This document shows, piece after piece, positions 20,063 to 30,423 of a stretch of 64,000 nt of DNA. How positions within the stretch are numbered: the first letter of the stretch is position 1; every line of letters starts with the position of its first letter. This stretch comes from an uncultured Clostridia bacterium (GTDB taxonomy: Bacteria > Bacillota > Clostridia > Christensenellales > UBA1242). The translations under genes were made by a program, and so were the position numbers. The stretch spans positions 230,284 to 294,283 of the forward strand of contig CALVTO010000002.1 of the NCBI GenBank assembly GCA_944362705.1, written 5' to 3'. Below the pieces are notes generated by a model. The model did no database searches. It was given only the letters and a program-made list of their open reading frames with translations, and was not told the DNA's origin.

Positions 20063-20143
20063 ATGAATAAAGTACAAAAATTTATTACAAATATACATAC
20101 TAAATATTTACATCATGCGAATGGTTTTATTATGTGCGCTTAA
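20063..20143 (+). CDS. Leader peptide (26 aa) of putative attenuator
   Basis: AAGGAGG SD; MNKVQKFITNIHTKYLHHANGFIMCA*; overlaps alternative hairpins. Confidence 0.7.
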   Translation: MNKVQKFITNIHTKYLHHANGFIMCA

Positions 20144-20195
20144 AGCATATATTTTTTGCAAAACCTTCGCATGAAATTTTAACGGAGGTTTTTTT

Positions 20196-21989
20196 ATGCA
20201 AAATATACAAAATACAAGAAATTTAACCTATTATTTAAAACAACACAAACTAGGTATTGCCTTATATATTTTAACGTATTTACTTGCTGGTGCTTGCACC
20301 GTTCTACAAACGATATTTTTAGCAAAAGCCGTTGAACAAATTACCATAGGTTTATACGCAGATGCTATATATAGTTTGCTATATGTTGCCCTGTTTGTTG
20401 CTATAAAAAGAATAAATTGGTACGCTTCTGGCATTATCTATCAAAAAAGTGCCAATAAAATGATGGCAAATATGAACCAAGATTTAGCAACGCAAGCGTT
20501 TAAATTTACTTCAAAAACCTATGCTGAGCATGATACTGGTACATTTTTGCAACGCATTGTAAACGACCCACAAATCGTAGTCAACAACCTAGCCGATATG
20601 GTAGACGTAATTACAGATATTTTATCTGCTATGGTCATTATTATTTACATTGCCACATTTAATTTATATATAGCGCTTGCTTTATTTGTTATTATTTTTA
20701 TTGGAATTACCATTGAAAAATTTCGTACAAAAACAAAAAGCAAAAATAAGAAATTTGCTCGAAAAAAGAATGATAAAATTAACTCGCTTACTACAGAAAT
20801 TATTCGAAGCGAAAAAGACATTAAATCGTTAGGTTTAGAAGAAAAATTAAGCGAAGTTTCTAAAAAATACTACCAAGAATACCAAACAGCCAATTATAAA
20901 CTTGAGCTTGTGGATATGAACTTTTGGGCAAGCAGAAACTTTATCGTTGAGTTTTTTGGCATTTTTACACTTATTTTGGGCGTGTATTTTATCGATATTG
21001 GGTTGCTTACGGTAGCCACGTTTATGGTTATTTACTCTAACAACAATAACCTTTACAATTTAATATGGGGCATTGGCAGTATTAGTGATATGGCAGTTGA
21101 AATTAAGGTATGCACCGAACGCATGTTTGCCCTATTTAACAACGAAGCGTATCCTTGCGAAACGTTTGGTGAAGTACATATAGAGCATGTACAAGGCAAA
21201 ATAGAATTTCAACATGTAAAGTACACGTTTGTAGAATACGGTATGGAAACTACAGGCGAACAAAACGAAGACACAAAAGACCATAAACAACGAAAACCTA
21301 TTTCTACCAATACAGTTTTTGAAGATTTATCATTTACCATTCAACCAAACACCACCGTGGCGTTTGTTGGTAAAAGCGGAAGTGGAAAATCGACTATTTT
21401 AAACTTAATGTCGAAAATGTATACCGTAGATAGCGGAAAAGTACTTATTGACGGCATACATATTAACGATTTTGATAAAAACTCGTTAAGAAACGCCATT
21501 TCTTTAGTCAATCAATTTCCTTATATTTTTGATATGACCATTCGTGAAAACTTATTGCTTGCAAAAAAAGATGCAACCGAAGAAGAACTTAACCAAGCCG
21601 TTCGCCAATCCTATTTAAGTGAGTTTGTACATTCGCTACGTTTGGGGCTGGATACACGAATTGGCGAAAGTGGCATTAAACTTTCTGGTGGGCAAAAGCA
21701 ACGCCTTGCTATTGCACGCGCGCTTCTTAGAAACTCATCGATTATTATTTTCGATGAGAGCACAAGCTCACTAGATAATTTTGCGCAAGGTGAAATAAAA
21801 AAGAGTATCGATGCATTGAAAGGCAAAAGCACCATTGTCATTGTGGCGCACAGGTTAAGCACCATTAAAAATGTAGACACCATTTTCTTTTTAGACAACG
21901 GGAAAATTGTAGATTCTGGCACGTTTGAAGAATTATTTAACCGTAATGCGCAATTTAAAGAAATGTTTATAGCAGAAAATATTTCATAA
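20196..21989 (+). CDS. ABC exporter, fused TMD-NBD (MDR-type)
   Basis: N-terminal TMs, GKSGSGKS, LSGGQKQR, FDES, AHRLST. Confidence 0.95.
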   Translation: MQNIQNTRNLTYYLKQHKLGIALYILTYLLAGACTVLQTIFLAKAVEQITIGLYADAIYSLLYVALFVAIKRINWYASGIIYQKSANKMMANMNQDLATQAFKFTSKTYAEHDTGTFLQRIVNDPQIVVNNLADMVDVITDILSAMVIIIYIATFNLYIALALFVIIFIGITIEKFRTKTKSKNKKFARKKNDKINSLTTEIIRSEKDIKSLGLEEKLSEVSKKYYQEYQTANYKLELVDMNFWASRNFIVEFFGIFTLILGVYFIDIGLLTVATFMVIYSNNNNLYNLIWGIGSISDMAVEIKVCTERMFALFNNEAYPCETFGEVHIEHVQGKIEFQHVKYTFVEYGMETTGEQNEDTKDHKQRKPISTNTVFEDLSFTIQPNTTVAFVGKSGSGKSTILNLMSKMYTVDSGKVLIDGIHINDFDKNSLRNAISLVNQFPYIFDMTIRENLLLAKKDATEEELNQAVRQSYLSEFVHSLRLGLDTRIGESGIKLSGGQKQRLAIARALLRNSSIIIFDESTSSLDNFAQGEIKKSIDALKGKSTIVIVAHRLSTIKNVDTIFFLDNGKIVDSGTFEELFNRNAQFKEMFIAENIS

Positions 21990-21990
21990 T

Positions 21991-22021
21991 AAAAACACCC
22001 AACATATATGGGTGTTTTTTT
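21991..22021. terminator. Bidirectional terminator
   Basis: AAAAACACCCA...TGGGTGTTTTT. Confidence 0.75.
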
Positions 22022-22043
22022 GCTCAATTTATTGTTTTTAACT

Positions 22044-22859
22044 TTATTTAGCACGTTCCGCTTCCACAACTGTTTCTTGCACTTTCGTTTTCTTCTCTAC
22101 CCGCACCGACTCTTGCCTAAAGTTTTGGTTTTGGGGTTTCGGTAGCGGTAGATCAATGACTTCTGCATACATATGCCCTGTTTTACTTTCAACACCTGCA
22201 CGTATTCTTTCCATATACTCATCTCGCGCCAATATATAATAATTGGGATTAATATTTTTGGTTGGAAGATACTCCACGTGATGAAACCTATACTTATCAT
22301 CTTCATATGTTTGCTTTCCAGATACCGAAGTGAGTTCCTGGTAACATAAAATTTTTTGATACAATTCTTTGCTTACTGCGCAATAGCGGAACATATCGTT
22401 ATACATGCCGTTTTTCTCTACAACACAATGCAAACAATTTCCTACAATACAATTATTTACCGGAGCGCTTTCAATCCCACAAATTGCATGTACATTTAAC
22501 CCGTCTAAAAATCGAAACCTTGCAACCGTTTTTGCGTTCCAATAACAATCTAAATTTCCACAAAACTTATCTTCTACCTTTATAGTAAACGGAGTTATTT
22601 CGCCCGTAACACCATCAACCGTTACACGCAACCCTTTTTGTGTTTTTTCCAAAGCTTGCACAAGTACATTCTTTTTTAATTTTTGAAACAATATCCATCG
22701 TTTCAAATTTGAAGTTTTAGGGTGATAATACAATGAAATACAGTTTATCATGCTATTCCAAGATTTTACGTCGGCGGTAAATGCTGGCCTTGATGAGCGC
22801 AATGTCCAATTATTTTCTTGCTCCATTATTTTTTTTACTTGTTCAAATGTGTAATACAT
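22044..22859 (-). CDS. Orphan protein, possible papain/transglutaminase-like fold
   Basis: GAGG SD, own TTGACA-17-TATACT promoter; DCYWNA...LHCVVEKNGMYND pattern. Confidence 0.6.
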   Translation of the reverse strand: MYYTFEQVKKIMEQENNWTLRSSRPAFTADVKSWNSMINCISLYYHPKTSNLKRWILFQKLKKNVLVQALEKTQKGLRVTVDGVTGEITPFTIKVEDKFCGNLDCYWNAKTVARFRFLDGLNVHAICGIESAPVNNCIVGNCLHCVVEKNGMYNDMFRYCAVSKELYQKILCYQELTSVSGKQTYEDDKYRFHHVEYLPTKNINPNYYILARDEYMERIRAGVESKTGHMYAEVIDLPLPKPQNQNFRQESVRVEKKTKVQETVVEAERAK

Positions 22860-23026
22860 ACGTTCCTCTTAAATTTAGTATAAAGAACATTTAAAGCATT
22901 GTCAAGATTGACATTTTTCCGTTTAATTCTTTACAAATTCTACCTTCATAAGTATACTAAAGTACAAAAATTAAAATGTAAAACTTTTACTTATAATACT
23001 TAACACAAACATACAAAGGAGACCCT

Positions 23027-23554
23027 ATGAACATTGTACACGATATCAACGAACAAAGAATTCAACCAGAAAATTTTATGGCAGTTATAGAAATTGCAAA
23101 ATATAGTAAAAACAAATACGAAATAGATAAAGAAACCGGTATGCTTATGATGGATAGAATTTTATATACTTCCACCCACTACCCCGCTAACTACGGTTTT
23201 ATTCCGCGTACATCGGCACTCGATGGCGACCCATTAGATGTGTTTGTTTTTTGTAGTGAAGCTATTGTTCCTTGCACGCTTGTTAGGTGCTACCCCATTG
23301 GTTGCGTGGGCATGCTAGACAGTGGCAAAGAAGACTACAAAATTCTTGCCGTACCTTTTGGTGACCCACAATATAACCATATTAAAAATGTAAAAGAAAT
23401 GCCTGCGCACATATTAGATGAATTAAAACATTTTTTGCGCGTGTATAAAGAATTAGAGCCAAACAAAAAAACTGTTGTAAACAAAGTATACAACGCAGAA
23501 TATGCAAAAAACATTATAAAAGAGTGCAAAAACCGTTATGAAACAAACAAATAA
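23027..23554 (+). CDS. ppa: Inorganic pyrophosphatase, family I
   Basis: KYEIDK, YPANYGFIPRT, DGDPLDV. Confidence 0.96.
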   Translation: MNIVHDINEQRIQPENFMAVIEIAKYSKNKYEIDKETGMLMMDRILYTSTHYPANYGFIPRTSALDGDPLDVFVFCSEAIVPCTLVRCYPIGCVGMLDSGKEDYKILAVPFGDPQYNHIKNVKEMPAHILDELKHFLRVYKELEPNKKTVVNKVYNAEYAKNIIKECKNRYETNK

Positions 23555-23555
23555 T

Positions 23556-23584
23556 AAAAAAGAAGCGCAAAACGCTTCTTTTTT
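23556..23584. terminator. Bidirectional terminator
   Basis: AAAAAAGAAGCG-CAAAA-CGCTTCTTTTTT. Confidence 0.8.
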
Positions 23585-23601
23585 ATTTATTTTGACTTAA
23601 G

Positions 23602-25155
23602 TTATCGCTCTTCAACGATATGCAATCCATTTTTTTGCAGGCAATATACGTGCGTTGCCACTTGTTTTATAAACGCTCTATCGTGCGAAACAGCAATCAT
23701 GGCTCCCGCAAAAGAAGCCAAAGCTTTTCGCAAAACTGGGTTCGATAATGGGCTAATGTTTCTTGTAGGCTCATCAAGCAATAGAACATCAAACCCACCG
23801 AGCATAAGTTTTAAAAAATATAATTTTGCTTTTTGCCCACCCGATAAGTGTTCTATGCTTCCGCAGGTTTCTTCCGTGGTAAATTTTAATCCACCTAAAT
23901 ACATTCTTGCTTTCGTTAGTTTTTCATTTGTTTCGCAAAAAGATTGCAAAAACGCCATGACTGTTGGGTATGCACCAAGTTCTTCTTCATAATTTTGTGG
24001 CATATACCCAACACGAAACCGCTTTTGTTGTTGCATATATGTATATATCTCTCGCAAAAGCGTAGTTTTACCCGTTCCGTTTGCGCCCGTAATGACTACT
24101 TTTTGCGGGCCATACACCTGCAACTGAATATTGCTTGCAAGTACCTTTTTACCCACCGTAAGTTGTGACGCGTTGTAAGATAGCACGCAGGTAGATTTGG
24201 GCAATACAACATTTGAAAATTTAAGTTTTATAGCTTCTTCTGGCTCAGGAATTTCGGTAAAACTTTCGCGCTCTTTTTCAAAACGCTTTTTTTGAGAAAG
24301 CACACTTTGCATTTTCTTTTTTAACAACCTGCCACCATGCGGATCTTGACGGGATATAGAATTTTGCTGGCTTTGCACTTTTGCATACATTTGTTGCCAG
24401 CGTTCTGTGCGCGCTTTATCTTGCGCACGCTGTTTTAATGCTATTTGCTCTTGCCTTTGCAAGGAATTTGCTCTTTTTTGCACATATTCGTCATAAGATA
24501 TACGTTCGAATGTGCAAATAGGTATCGTTTTCTTTTGCGTTTGCTCTATATGCAAAATACCATTGGCAACATGTTTTAAAAGTGTTTCATCGTGCGATAT
24601 AAATAAAACGGGATACATGGTAGATTGCAAAAACGATTCTATCCAAGCAAGTGTTTGTATATCTATATCGTTCGTGGGTTCGTCGAGTATAAAGCAATTG
24701 GGGTTATTTAGTAGCATTTTAGCAAATTGCAACTTTACTTTTTCCCCACCCGAAAGTGTGCCTACCGTTTGGTTTGTTTCTAATAAATGTTCGCTTAAAC
24801 CTACCGTTGCCAATATGTTTTGCAAATGAGCAAACTGCTCGTAGATTTCATAAGTTTCTTCGCCGGTAGGCGTTTGTTTTAGAAAATACGAAAGCACGGT
24901 TTGGCTGTTCCAGTCGCTATCTAAAAATTGACCCACATACCCGATATGCATATTTTGCTTAATAATTTGACCCTCTACGTTTACATAAGGCACAAGATGT
25001 TTATCAACAATTGCTTTTAATAAAGTGCTTTTGCCATCACCTTCTTCGCCAATCACCGCAATTTTATCTTGCGCGTTTAACACAAATGACACATTTTTCC
25101 ATAAGGTTCGTCCTGTTTTCTTTTCTGTTATGGTTATATTTTTTACTTGTAACAT
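23602..25155 (-). CDS. ABC-F family ribosome-associated ATPase
   Basis: Two NBDs (GEEGDGKS, GANGTGKT; LSGGEK, LSGGQK; LDEPT twice), helical linker, no TMs. Confidence 0.92.
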   Translation of the reverse strand: MLQVKNITITEKKTGRTLWKNVSFVLNAQDKIAVIGEEGDGKSTLLKAIVDKHLVPYVNVEGQIIKQNMHIGYVGQFLDSDWNSQTVLSYFLKQTPTGEETYEIYEQFAHLQNILATVGLSEHLLETNQTVGTLSGGEKVKLQFAKMLLNNPNCFILDEPTNDIDIQTLAWIESFLQSTMYPVLFISHDETLLKHVANGILHIEQTQKKTIPICTFERISYDEYVQKRANSLQRQEQIALKQRAQDKARTERWQQMYAKVQSQQNSISRQDPHGGRLLKKKMQSVLSQKKRFEKERESFTEIPEPEEAIKLKFSNVVLPKSTCVLSYNASQLTVGKKVLASNIQLQVYGPQKVVITGANGTGKTTLLREIYTYMQQQKRFRVGYMPQNYEEELGAYPTVMAFLQSFCETNEKLTKARMYLGGLKFTTEETCGSIEHLSGGQKAKLYFLKLMLGGFDVLLLDEPTRNISPLSNPVLRKALASFAGAMIAVSHDRAFIKQVATHVYCLQKNGLHIVEER

Positions 25156-25196
25156 ATATTTCCCTCCTGCGTTTATTGTTAAGCGCGCCCGGGAAT

Positions 25197-25229
25197 AAAA
25201 AAACGTTCACCGTAAAAAACGGGAACGTT
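25197..25229 (-). terminator. Attenuator terminator in ABC-F leader
   Basis: AACGTTC-CCGT...ACGG-T-GAACGTT stem followed by a T run, about 40 nt before the start codon. Confidence 0.7.
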
Positions 25230-25325
25230 ACACTCATGTTTGCAAACAACAAACAAAAATAGATAAAACCCCTCTGTTTTACGCGCTTATTTGGCATAAA
25301 CCAGCAGAGCTGTTTTATGCACGTA

Positions 25326-25355
25326 TTATATTTGTTTGTTTACAATTTTCTTCAT
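25326..25355 (-). CDS. Leader peptide MKKIVNKQI
   Basis: AAGGAG SD; 9 codons; just downstream of the promoter. Confidence 0.65.
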   Translation of the reverse strand: MKKIVNKQI

Positions 25356-25385
25356 GGGTACTCTCCTTTTAACTATATTATAAAC

Positions 25386-25414
25386 ATAGTAACACTTTTT
25401 AAACAAAGCGTCAA
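25386..25414 (-). promoter_or_regulatory. sigmaA promoter of ABC-F leader
   Basis: TTGACG-17-TACTAT with extended TG. Confidence 0.65.
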
Positions 25415-25517
25415 GGCTGTATGCGTTTTTTTATTTCCTTTACAAAAACAGCAAAATACATTACACTAGCCTTAATAGCATGATGATGCAAAACAATGCA
25501 AACTTATGTGAGGGCAA

Positions 25518-26525
25518 ATGCACATGCGAACAAAAACACGAATAAACTTTCAACAAATTTCTATAGAAACCAACCCGTATATTGAAGCTATGGGCGTTTT
25601 GTTTCATTTGGCAGACTATCAACGAAATGAAACAAGGCATAATGAACGTTACAAAACCGACATTCAGGCATTTTTTGCAAAATTTAAAACCCATTCGGCC
25701 GTTTTGCATACAAAAAGGCTTATGCAAGAAAACATGTACGTTCGTTACAACGCGCCCGTAGAAATTATGCTGTACTCGTTTTTTCACAAATCATTACCAA
25801 AACTTTTTTATAAAGAACATAGTATAACAAAAAAAGAAGTAAAACTATGGGTGCGTTTTGTTAAACTCTTTATAAGACAAAGCCATTTTATGCAATTTTA
25901 CTACGCGCATGAGCCATATTACGTACACAACATGCAAACATATGCGCAAACCATGCAACCTTTTTCACCCCAAAACTTTCTATTTTCTTTCTTAGGTACT
26001 AGAAGTAAAAACTTACATATTATATGTATGCACGGACTAACAACAAGCAACTACGGTATTCGCGTTGGCAAGCAATTATATTGTTGTATTCGCCCTTATA
26101 AAGAAACTCGTTTTGCAAATGAAGTAGACTTTGCCTGCAACCTACCGTATAGCACATCTTTAGTTTTACATGAATTTGCACATAGTTTTATCAACCCGCT
26201 TACACACTCTTACAAAAAACAACTACAAAACGTATCTCCTTTATGTTTTGCATCTATTTTTGAAAAACAAGCTTACGGCAACCATATAGAAACAGCAATT
26301 AACGAAAGCATTATACGTTCTATTGAATGCCTATACATTGAAACATTTTTTACAAACAAAGAAGCTCAAGTATTTTTAGAAAATTATATACAAGAAGGTT
26401 TTACAAATATACCCAAGCTGATACATATATTTAAAAATGAATATATGCTTAACCGTAAAACGTACCCTACCATAAAAGACTTTTACCCAAAGTTATTAAA
26501 AACTTTATGTTGCTCTACAAAATAA
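25518..26525 (+). CDS. DUF4932-like putative zinc metallopeptidase
   Basis: NPxIE start, LHEFAHSFINP (HExxH), NESIIR. Confidence 0.7.
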   Translation: MHMRTKTRINFQQISIETNPYIEAMGVLFHLADYQRNETRHNERYKTDIQAFFAKFKTHSAVLHTKRLMQENMYVRYNAPVEIMLYSFFHKSLPKLFYKEHSITKKEVKLWVRFVKLFIRQSHFMQFYYAHEPYYVHNMQTYAQTMQPFSPQNFLFSFLGTRSKNLHIICMHGLTTSNYGIRVGKQLYCCIRPYKETRFANEVDFACNLPYSTSLVLHEFAHSFINPLTHSYKKQLQNVSPLCFASIFEKQAYGNHIETAINESIIRSIECLYIETFFTNKEAQVFLENYIQEGFTNIPKLIHIFKNEYMLNRKTYPTIKDFYPKLLKTLCCSTK

Positions 26526-26568
26526 ACAAAGAGTTCGCATAGAAAAAACAGCACCCATGTGCTGTTTT

Positions 26569-27246
26569 TTATGTCCAATTTTTTATATCTATTTTAGGAT
26601 ACTTGTGTGCGCCGTCTTTGTAATATTTCACCTGAATGCTTTCTTGCACCATTTTTGTTCCGTCTTCTGCAATGCTTACATGTTCATACCTTTCAAAACA
26701 ACCTGTTTTAAAACTGTACGTTAGTTTATATTCTGTGGTTTCGCCTGCTTTTTGAGTAATGGTGTATATATCATTTGCATAGGTTGCAAGTTCTGTAAAA
26801 ACAGATGTGTATTTTAACGCATAATATTTAACCACATCTTGCATACGCGAAACAGTAAAACCTTGCACTGACCCAAATTCAGCCATTTTTTCTAAATAGG
26901 TTTTATTGGTTTTGGAATACGTTACTTCTTTTGTAGCTAAATTGGTTACTGCTTTATATTCCACGCCATCTATTAGCCAAATTTCTTCGCTTATGTTTTC
27001 CGCAGTTTTTGTTTGTTTTACGTACACGGTGGTTGCATCTACAATCATATTTGTTTCTACATTACTTTGTTTATAGGTAATGCTTGTGGCTGTAATAGAT
27101 TTAAAATATTCTGCATTACACATATCTTCATAAAGTGTTTGCGCAGTGTAGTCGTTTCTTGGTTCTGCCTTTTCACCGCAACCTACAAACATAACCGACA
27201 AAAAACAAATACAAAGAACACAAAGAATACTTGCAAGTTTTTTCAT
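26569..27246 (-). CDS. Lipoprotein
   Basis: MKK, hydrophobic core, FVGC lipobox. Confidence 0.8.
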   Translation of the reverse strand: MKKLASILCVLCICFLSVMFVGCGEKAEPRNDYTAQTLYEDMCNAEYFKSITATSITYKQSNVETNMIVDATTVYVKQTKTAENISEEIWLIDGVEYKAVTNLATKEVTYSKTNKTYLEKMAEFGSVQGFTVSRMQDVVKYYALKYTSVFTELATYANDIYTITQKAGETTEYKLTYSFKTGCFERYEHVSIAEDGTKMVQESIQVKYYKDGAHKYPKIDIKNWT

Positions 27247-27328
27247 ACATTTTCTCCAATGATTTATTTTACTATATTTATTTTATCACAATGTATTACA
27301 TTTAGCAATCATTACCTTGCATTTATGT

Positions 27329-27820
27329 TTAATCTTCTTTACGCCCTGTAAGTGCACCTTTATTCTCTAACCCTTTAAAATTTTGTTGGCGCAATGCTTC
27401 GTATAAAATAACGGCAACCGAATTCGCTAAGTTTAAACTACGCGTACCTTCACGCATAGGTATACGTACACAATGGTCGTAGTGCTGTTTTAATAAACTT
27501 TCTTTCAAGCCATAACTTTCTTTACCAAATACCAGAAAACAATCTTCTTCATACGCCACATCGGCATAGGTTTTTGCAGACTTTGTGCTAGCAAAGTAAA
27601 ATGGTTTATCTTTATTTTTTTCATAAACCTCTTCAAAATTTTCTGCAACTTCAATATCTGCAAGGTCAAAATAATCTAACCCTGCGCGTTTAAAATATTT
27701 ATCACTTAAAATAAAGCCCAAGGGCTTAACTAAAATAAGTTTTGTGCCCGTGGCCGCACATGTGCGTACAATGTTTCCTGCGTTTTGCGGAATTTCTGGT
27801 TCAACTAAAACAATGTGCAT
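27329..27820 (-). CDS. trmL: tRNA (cytidine34-2'-O)-methyltransferase
   Basis: PEIPQNAGN, RAGLDY, FGKESYGL, RSLNLAN. Confidence 0.95.
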   Translation of the reverse strand: MHIVLVEPEIPQNAGNIVRTCAATGTKLILVKPLGFILSDKYFKRAGLDYFDLADIEVAENFEEVYEKNKDKPFYFASTKSAKTYADVAYEEDCFLVFGKESYGLKESLLKQHYDHCVRIPMREGTRSLNLANSVAVILYEALRQQNFKGLENKGALTGRKED

Positions 27821-27892
27821 GGCTTTCTCCTTTTGTTTACCATACACCCAAATTTTATTTTTTACAACAAAAAAACGGCTTCACGCCGTTTT

Positions 27893-28447
27893 TTATAGCA
27901 ATGCATACGCATCTTCACAAATCGTATACGCCTGATTTTTTAAAATTTCTAACTGTAAATTAGCTCGTTTTGTTTTATCTGCTTTTATTTTTTTATAAAC
28001 AAAATAAGAAATTCCCCAGCATACAAAACCCGGAACCGCGAGTCCTACACACAAACCAATAAGCCCAGCTAAATAACTAAATGTGGCTCCCGCCAAACAT
28101 GCAGTGCCTGCAAACCCAACACTTAAACTCCAACCCGTTGCTGCTTGGGTTTTATAGTTTTGCCATTTATCTACATTACGCATTACTTTTTCAAATTCAT
28201 TTTGCAAGGACACTAATTCTTCACGGTTTTTGATTTTGTAATTTCTTTTCATATGCAACTCAGTATAAGTAAACATGTTTTGTTTTTCTACAAGTTCCCA
28301 GCCAAAATTTTTATATGCATCTGTTAAAAAAGGTTCTTCTTCTTTTTTAATTTTTAAAGTTAAGTATTCATAAGCTTGAAATGCATTGTTATTTTCCTCC
28401 TTATGTAAATTTTGTTGCTTTTCTGTTTGATTGATTTCTTTTTCCAT
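27893..28447 (-). CDS. Hypothetical two-TM membrane protein
   Basis: Start at ATG 28447 (AGGAG SD); Y..FGWE motif and two TMs. Confidence 0.7.
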   Translation of the reverse strand: MEKEINQTEKQQNLHKEENNNAFQAYEYLTLKIKKEEEPFLTDAYKNFGWELVEKQNMFTYTELHMKRNYKIKNREELVSLQNEFEKVMRNVDKWQNYKTQAATGWSLSVGFAGTACLAGATFSYLAGLIGLCVGLAVPGFVCWGISYFVYKKIKADKTKRANLQLEILKNQAYTICEDAYALL

Positions 28448-28563
28448 AATTTTTTCTCCTTTGTTGTTCGGCTTGTTGCCTTTCAACACTTTTATTATAA
28501 AAAAAATCTGGTTGCATTTTAGCCAACCAGATGGAACAATTGTATAGTATTTGTTGCGTTTTT

Positions 28564-28674
28564 TTAAAACCAATGCGTAAAAGAAGAAAACCCGTCGGTT
28601 AAATACCCTGCAATTGCTAAAACAACAGCAACACCTAAACACACAAAAGAAACAATAAGCCATTTTTTATTCAT
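28564..28674 (-). CDS. Small single-TM protein (36 aa)
   Basis: GGAGGG SD, ATGA overlap with the upstream stop; MNKKWLIVSFVCLGVAVVLAIAG... Confidence 0.55.
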   Translation of the reverse strand: MNKKWLIVSFVCLGVAVVLAIAGYLTDGFSSFTHWF

Positions 28675-29294
28675 ACTTTCCCCCTCCAACTTATATATTT
28701 TTCTTGTATTTTTTTCTGCATCCATATAGCAAATTGCTTGTATTTTTTTGTATACCACATGGCAAACACAAACATAGGATAACTAATTCCAGCGCCAGCA
28801 AATATAATCGATAAACTTACAAGTATAGCCCCTGCCCCGTGAAGCGCATTGATGCCTACTGCAATACATCCATAAACAACGGCAACCACACCACCAGCAG
28901 ACGCAATAAAAAAGAACCCAATAAACATGGCCCCAAACACATAAGCCATGCCAATAATTAGAAATATACCTAAATATAGTGGAATAAATAACAACCAATC
29001 TAGTGCCGAATACCTTCTTGCTTCACTTTGCTTTGCAGGTTCTGGTTTTGACACCATACTTTTAGATACCACAATTTGTTTTAACTGCTCTTCTGTTATT
29101 TTATTGTCTAGCAAAACATCTGCCGACACTGAAAATAGTTGCGCAAGTTCGGGCAACTTTGTTATATCGGGCGACGTAGTTCCGTTTTCCCATTTTTGCA
29201 CAGCTTGCCTAGAAACATATAAAGCATCGGCCACTTGCGTTTGCGTAAGATTATTTATTTTTCTTAAATATTGAATTTTTTCATATAATTGCAT
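28671..29294 (-). CDS. XRE-family HTH regulator with C-terminal TM domain
   Basis: LTQTQVADALYVSRQAVQKWENG..PD; three TMs. Confidence 0.88.
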   Translation of the reverse strand: MQLYEKIQYLRKINNLTQTQVADALYVSRQAVQKWENGTTSPDITKLPELAQLFSVSADVLLDNKITEEQLKQIVVSKSMVSKPEPAKQSEARRYSALDWLLFIPLYLGIFLIIGMAYVFGAMFIGFFFIASAGGVVAVVYGCIAVGINALHGAGAILVSLSIIFAGAGISYPMFVFAMWYTKKYKQFAIWMQKKIQEKYISWRGKV

Positions 29295-29376
29295 ATTCCA
29301 CCTATCTTTACTGGTTTATAGTAACACAAAAGTTCTATAAAAACAACAAAAAATAAAAAGCAGAAGATATCTGCTT

Positions 29377-30351
29377 TTATTGTTTACGTTTTTTACCTCG
29401 TCGCTTTTTCACTTGAGATGCATTGTCTGTTGGCTCTACCACCACAGGTATATTCGATTGCATTGGCTTAATTACAGGCAGTTCGCTTTCTTGTTTTACC
29501 ACCAAAGCGCGTTTATCTTTATATTTTGGTGTACCCACGGGTTCCGTGATATGTACATCAACTTGTTGAAATGGAATACTTATACCGTTTTCGTCAAAAG
29601 CTTCTTTAATTTTTTCTAACAATATCCATTTTAATTTTTGATAATTTTCTGTTTTTACCCACACGCGCATTTCTAAATCCACAGAACTTGCATTATGCGC
29701 CACAATATTTACAAATGGCGCGTCGGGTTCGTTAAGCGCAAGATTTGTACTTTCTATTTCGCGCAAAATGATATCACGCGCGGTGTTATGGTCGTTATCA
29801 TAGGCAATGCTAAATGTCATATCTAACCTGCGCGTTTCTTTCGCCGATGCGTTCGTTATTTTACTATTTGCTACATCGGCATTTGGCATCATAACCACGC
29901 GGTTATCTCCCGTTACAATGTAGGTGTAAAACAGCTCAATACGTTCCACGGTACCTGTTTCGCCGTTGCATGTAATGGTATCTCCAATACGGAAAGGACG
30001 TACACATAAAATAATAACACCGCCTGCAAAATTCGAAAGCGACCCTTGTAAAGATAAACCAATCGCCAACCCAATAGACGCAATAGCCGCAGATATACTT
30101 GAAGTTTCTATTCCAATAAGCGTTAAGAACGAAATAAACAACAATACTTTTAAAGCTTTGCGCGTAAAACTAATGGCAGATTTTGTAATGGTCACATCTA
30201 CATGTTTTTTTAATAAAGATTTTTCTATTTTTCTGCACACCCAGTTGATAACTTTACACAAAATAAGAAAAACAATAATTCCAATAACAACTTTTATACC
30301 TTCGGTAATGATCCAATTCCAAATATTATTTAAAACATCTGTAAACGTCAT
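29377..30351 (-). CDS. mscS: Small-conductance mechanosensitive channel
   Basis: GLAIGLSLQGSLSNFAGG, PFRIGD, GISIPF. Confidence 0.93.
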   Translation of the reverse strand: MTFTDVLNNIWNWIITEGIKVVIGIIVFLILCKVINWVCRKIEKSLLKKHVDVTITKSAISFTRKALKVLLFISFLTLIGIETSSISAAIASIGLAIGLSLQGSLSNFAGGVIILCVRPFRIGDTITCNGETGTVERIELFYTYIVTGDNRVVMMPNADVANSKITNASAKETRRLDMTFSIAYDNDHNTARDIILREIESTNLALNEPDAPFVNIVAHNASSVDLEMRVWVKTENYQKLKWILLEKIKEAFDENGISIPFQQVDVHITEPVGTPKYKDKRALVVKQESELPVIKPMQSNIPVVVEPTDNASQVKKRRGKKRKQ

Positions 30352-30423
30352 AAAAACACCTCTTTTTTATAGTGTAACCTTAAAAATGAAATTTGCAAAC
30401 ATTTATACACAAAAAAACAAAAG

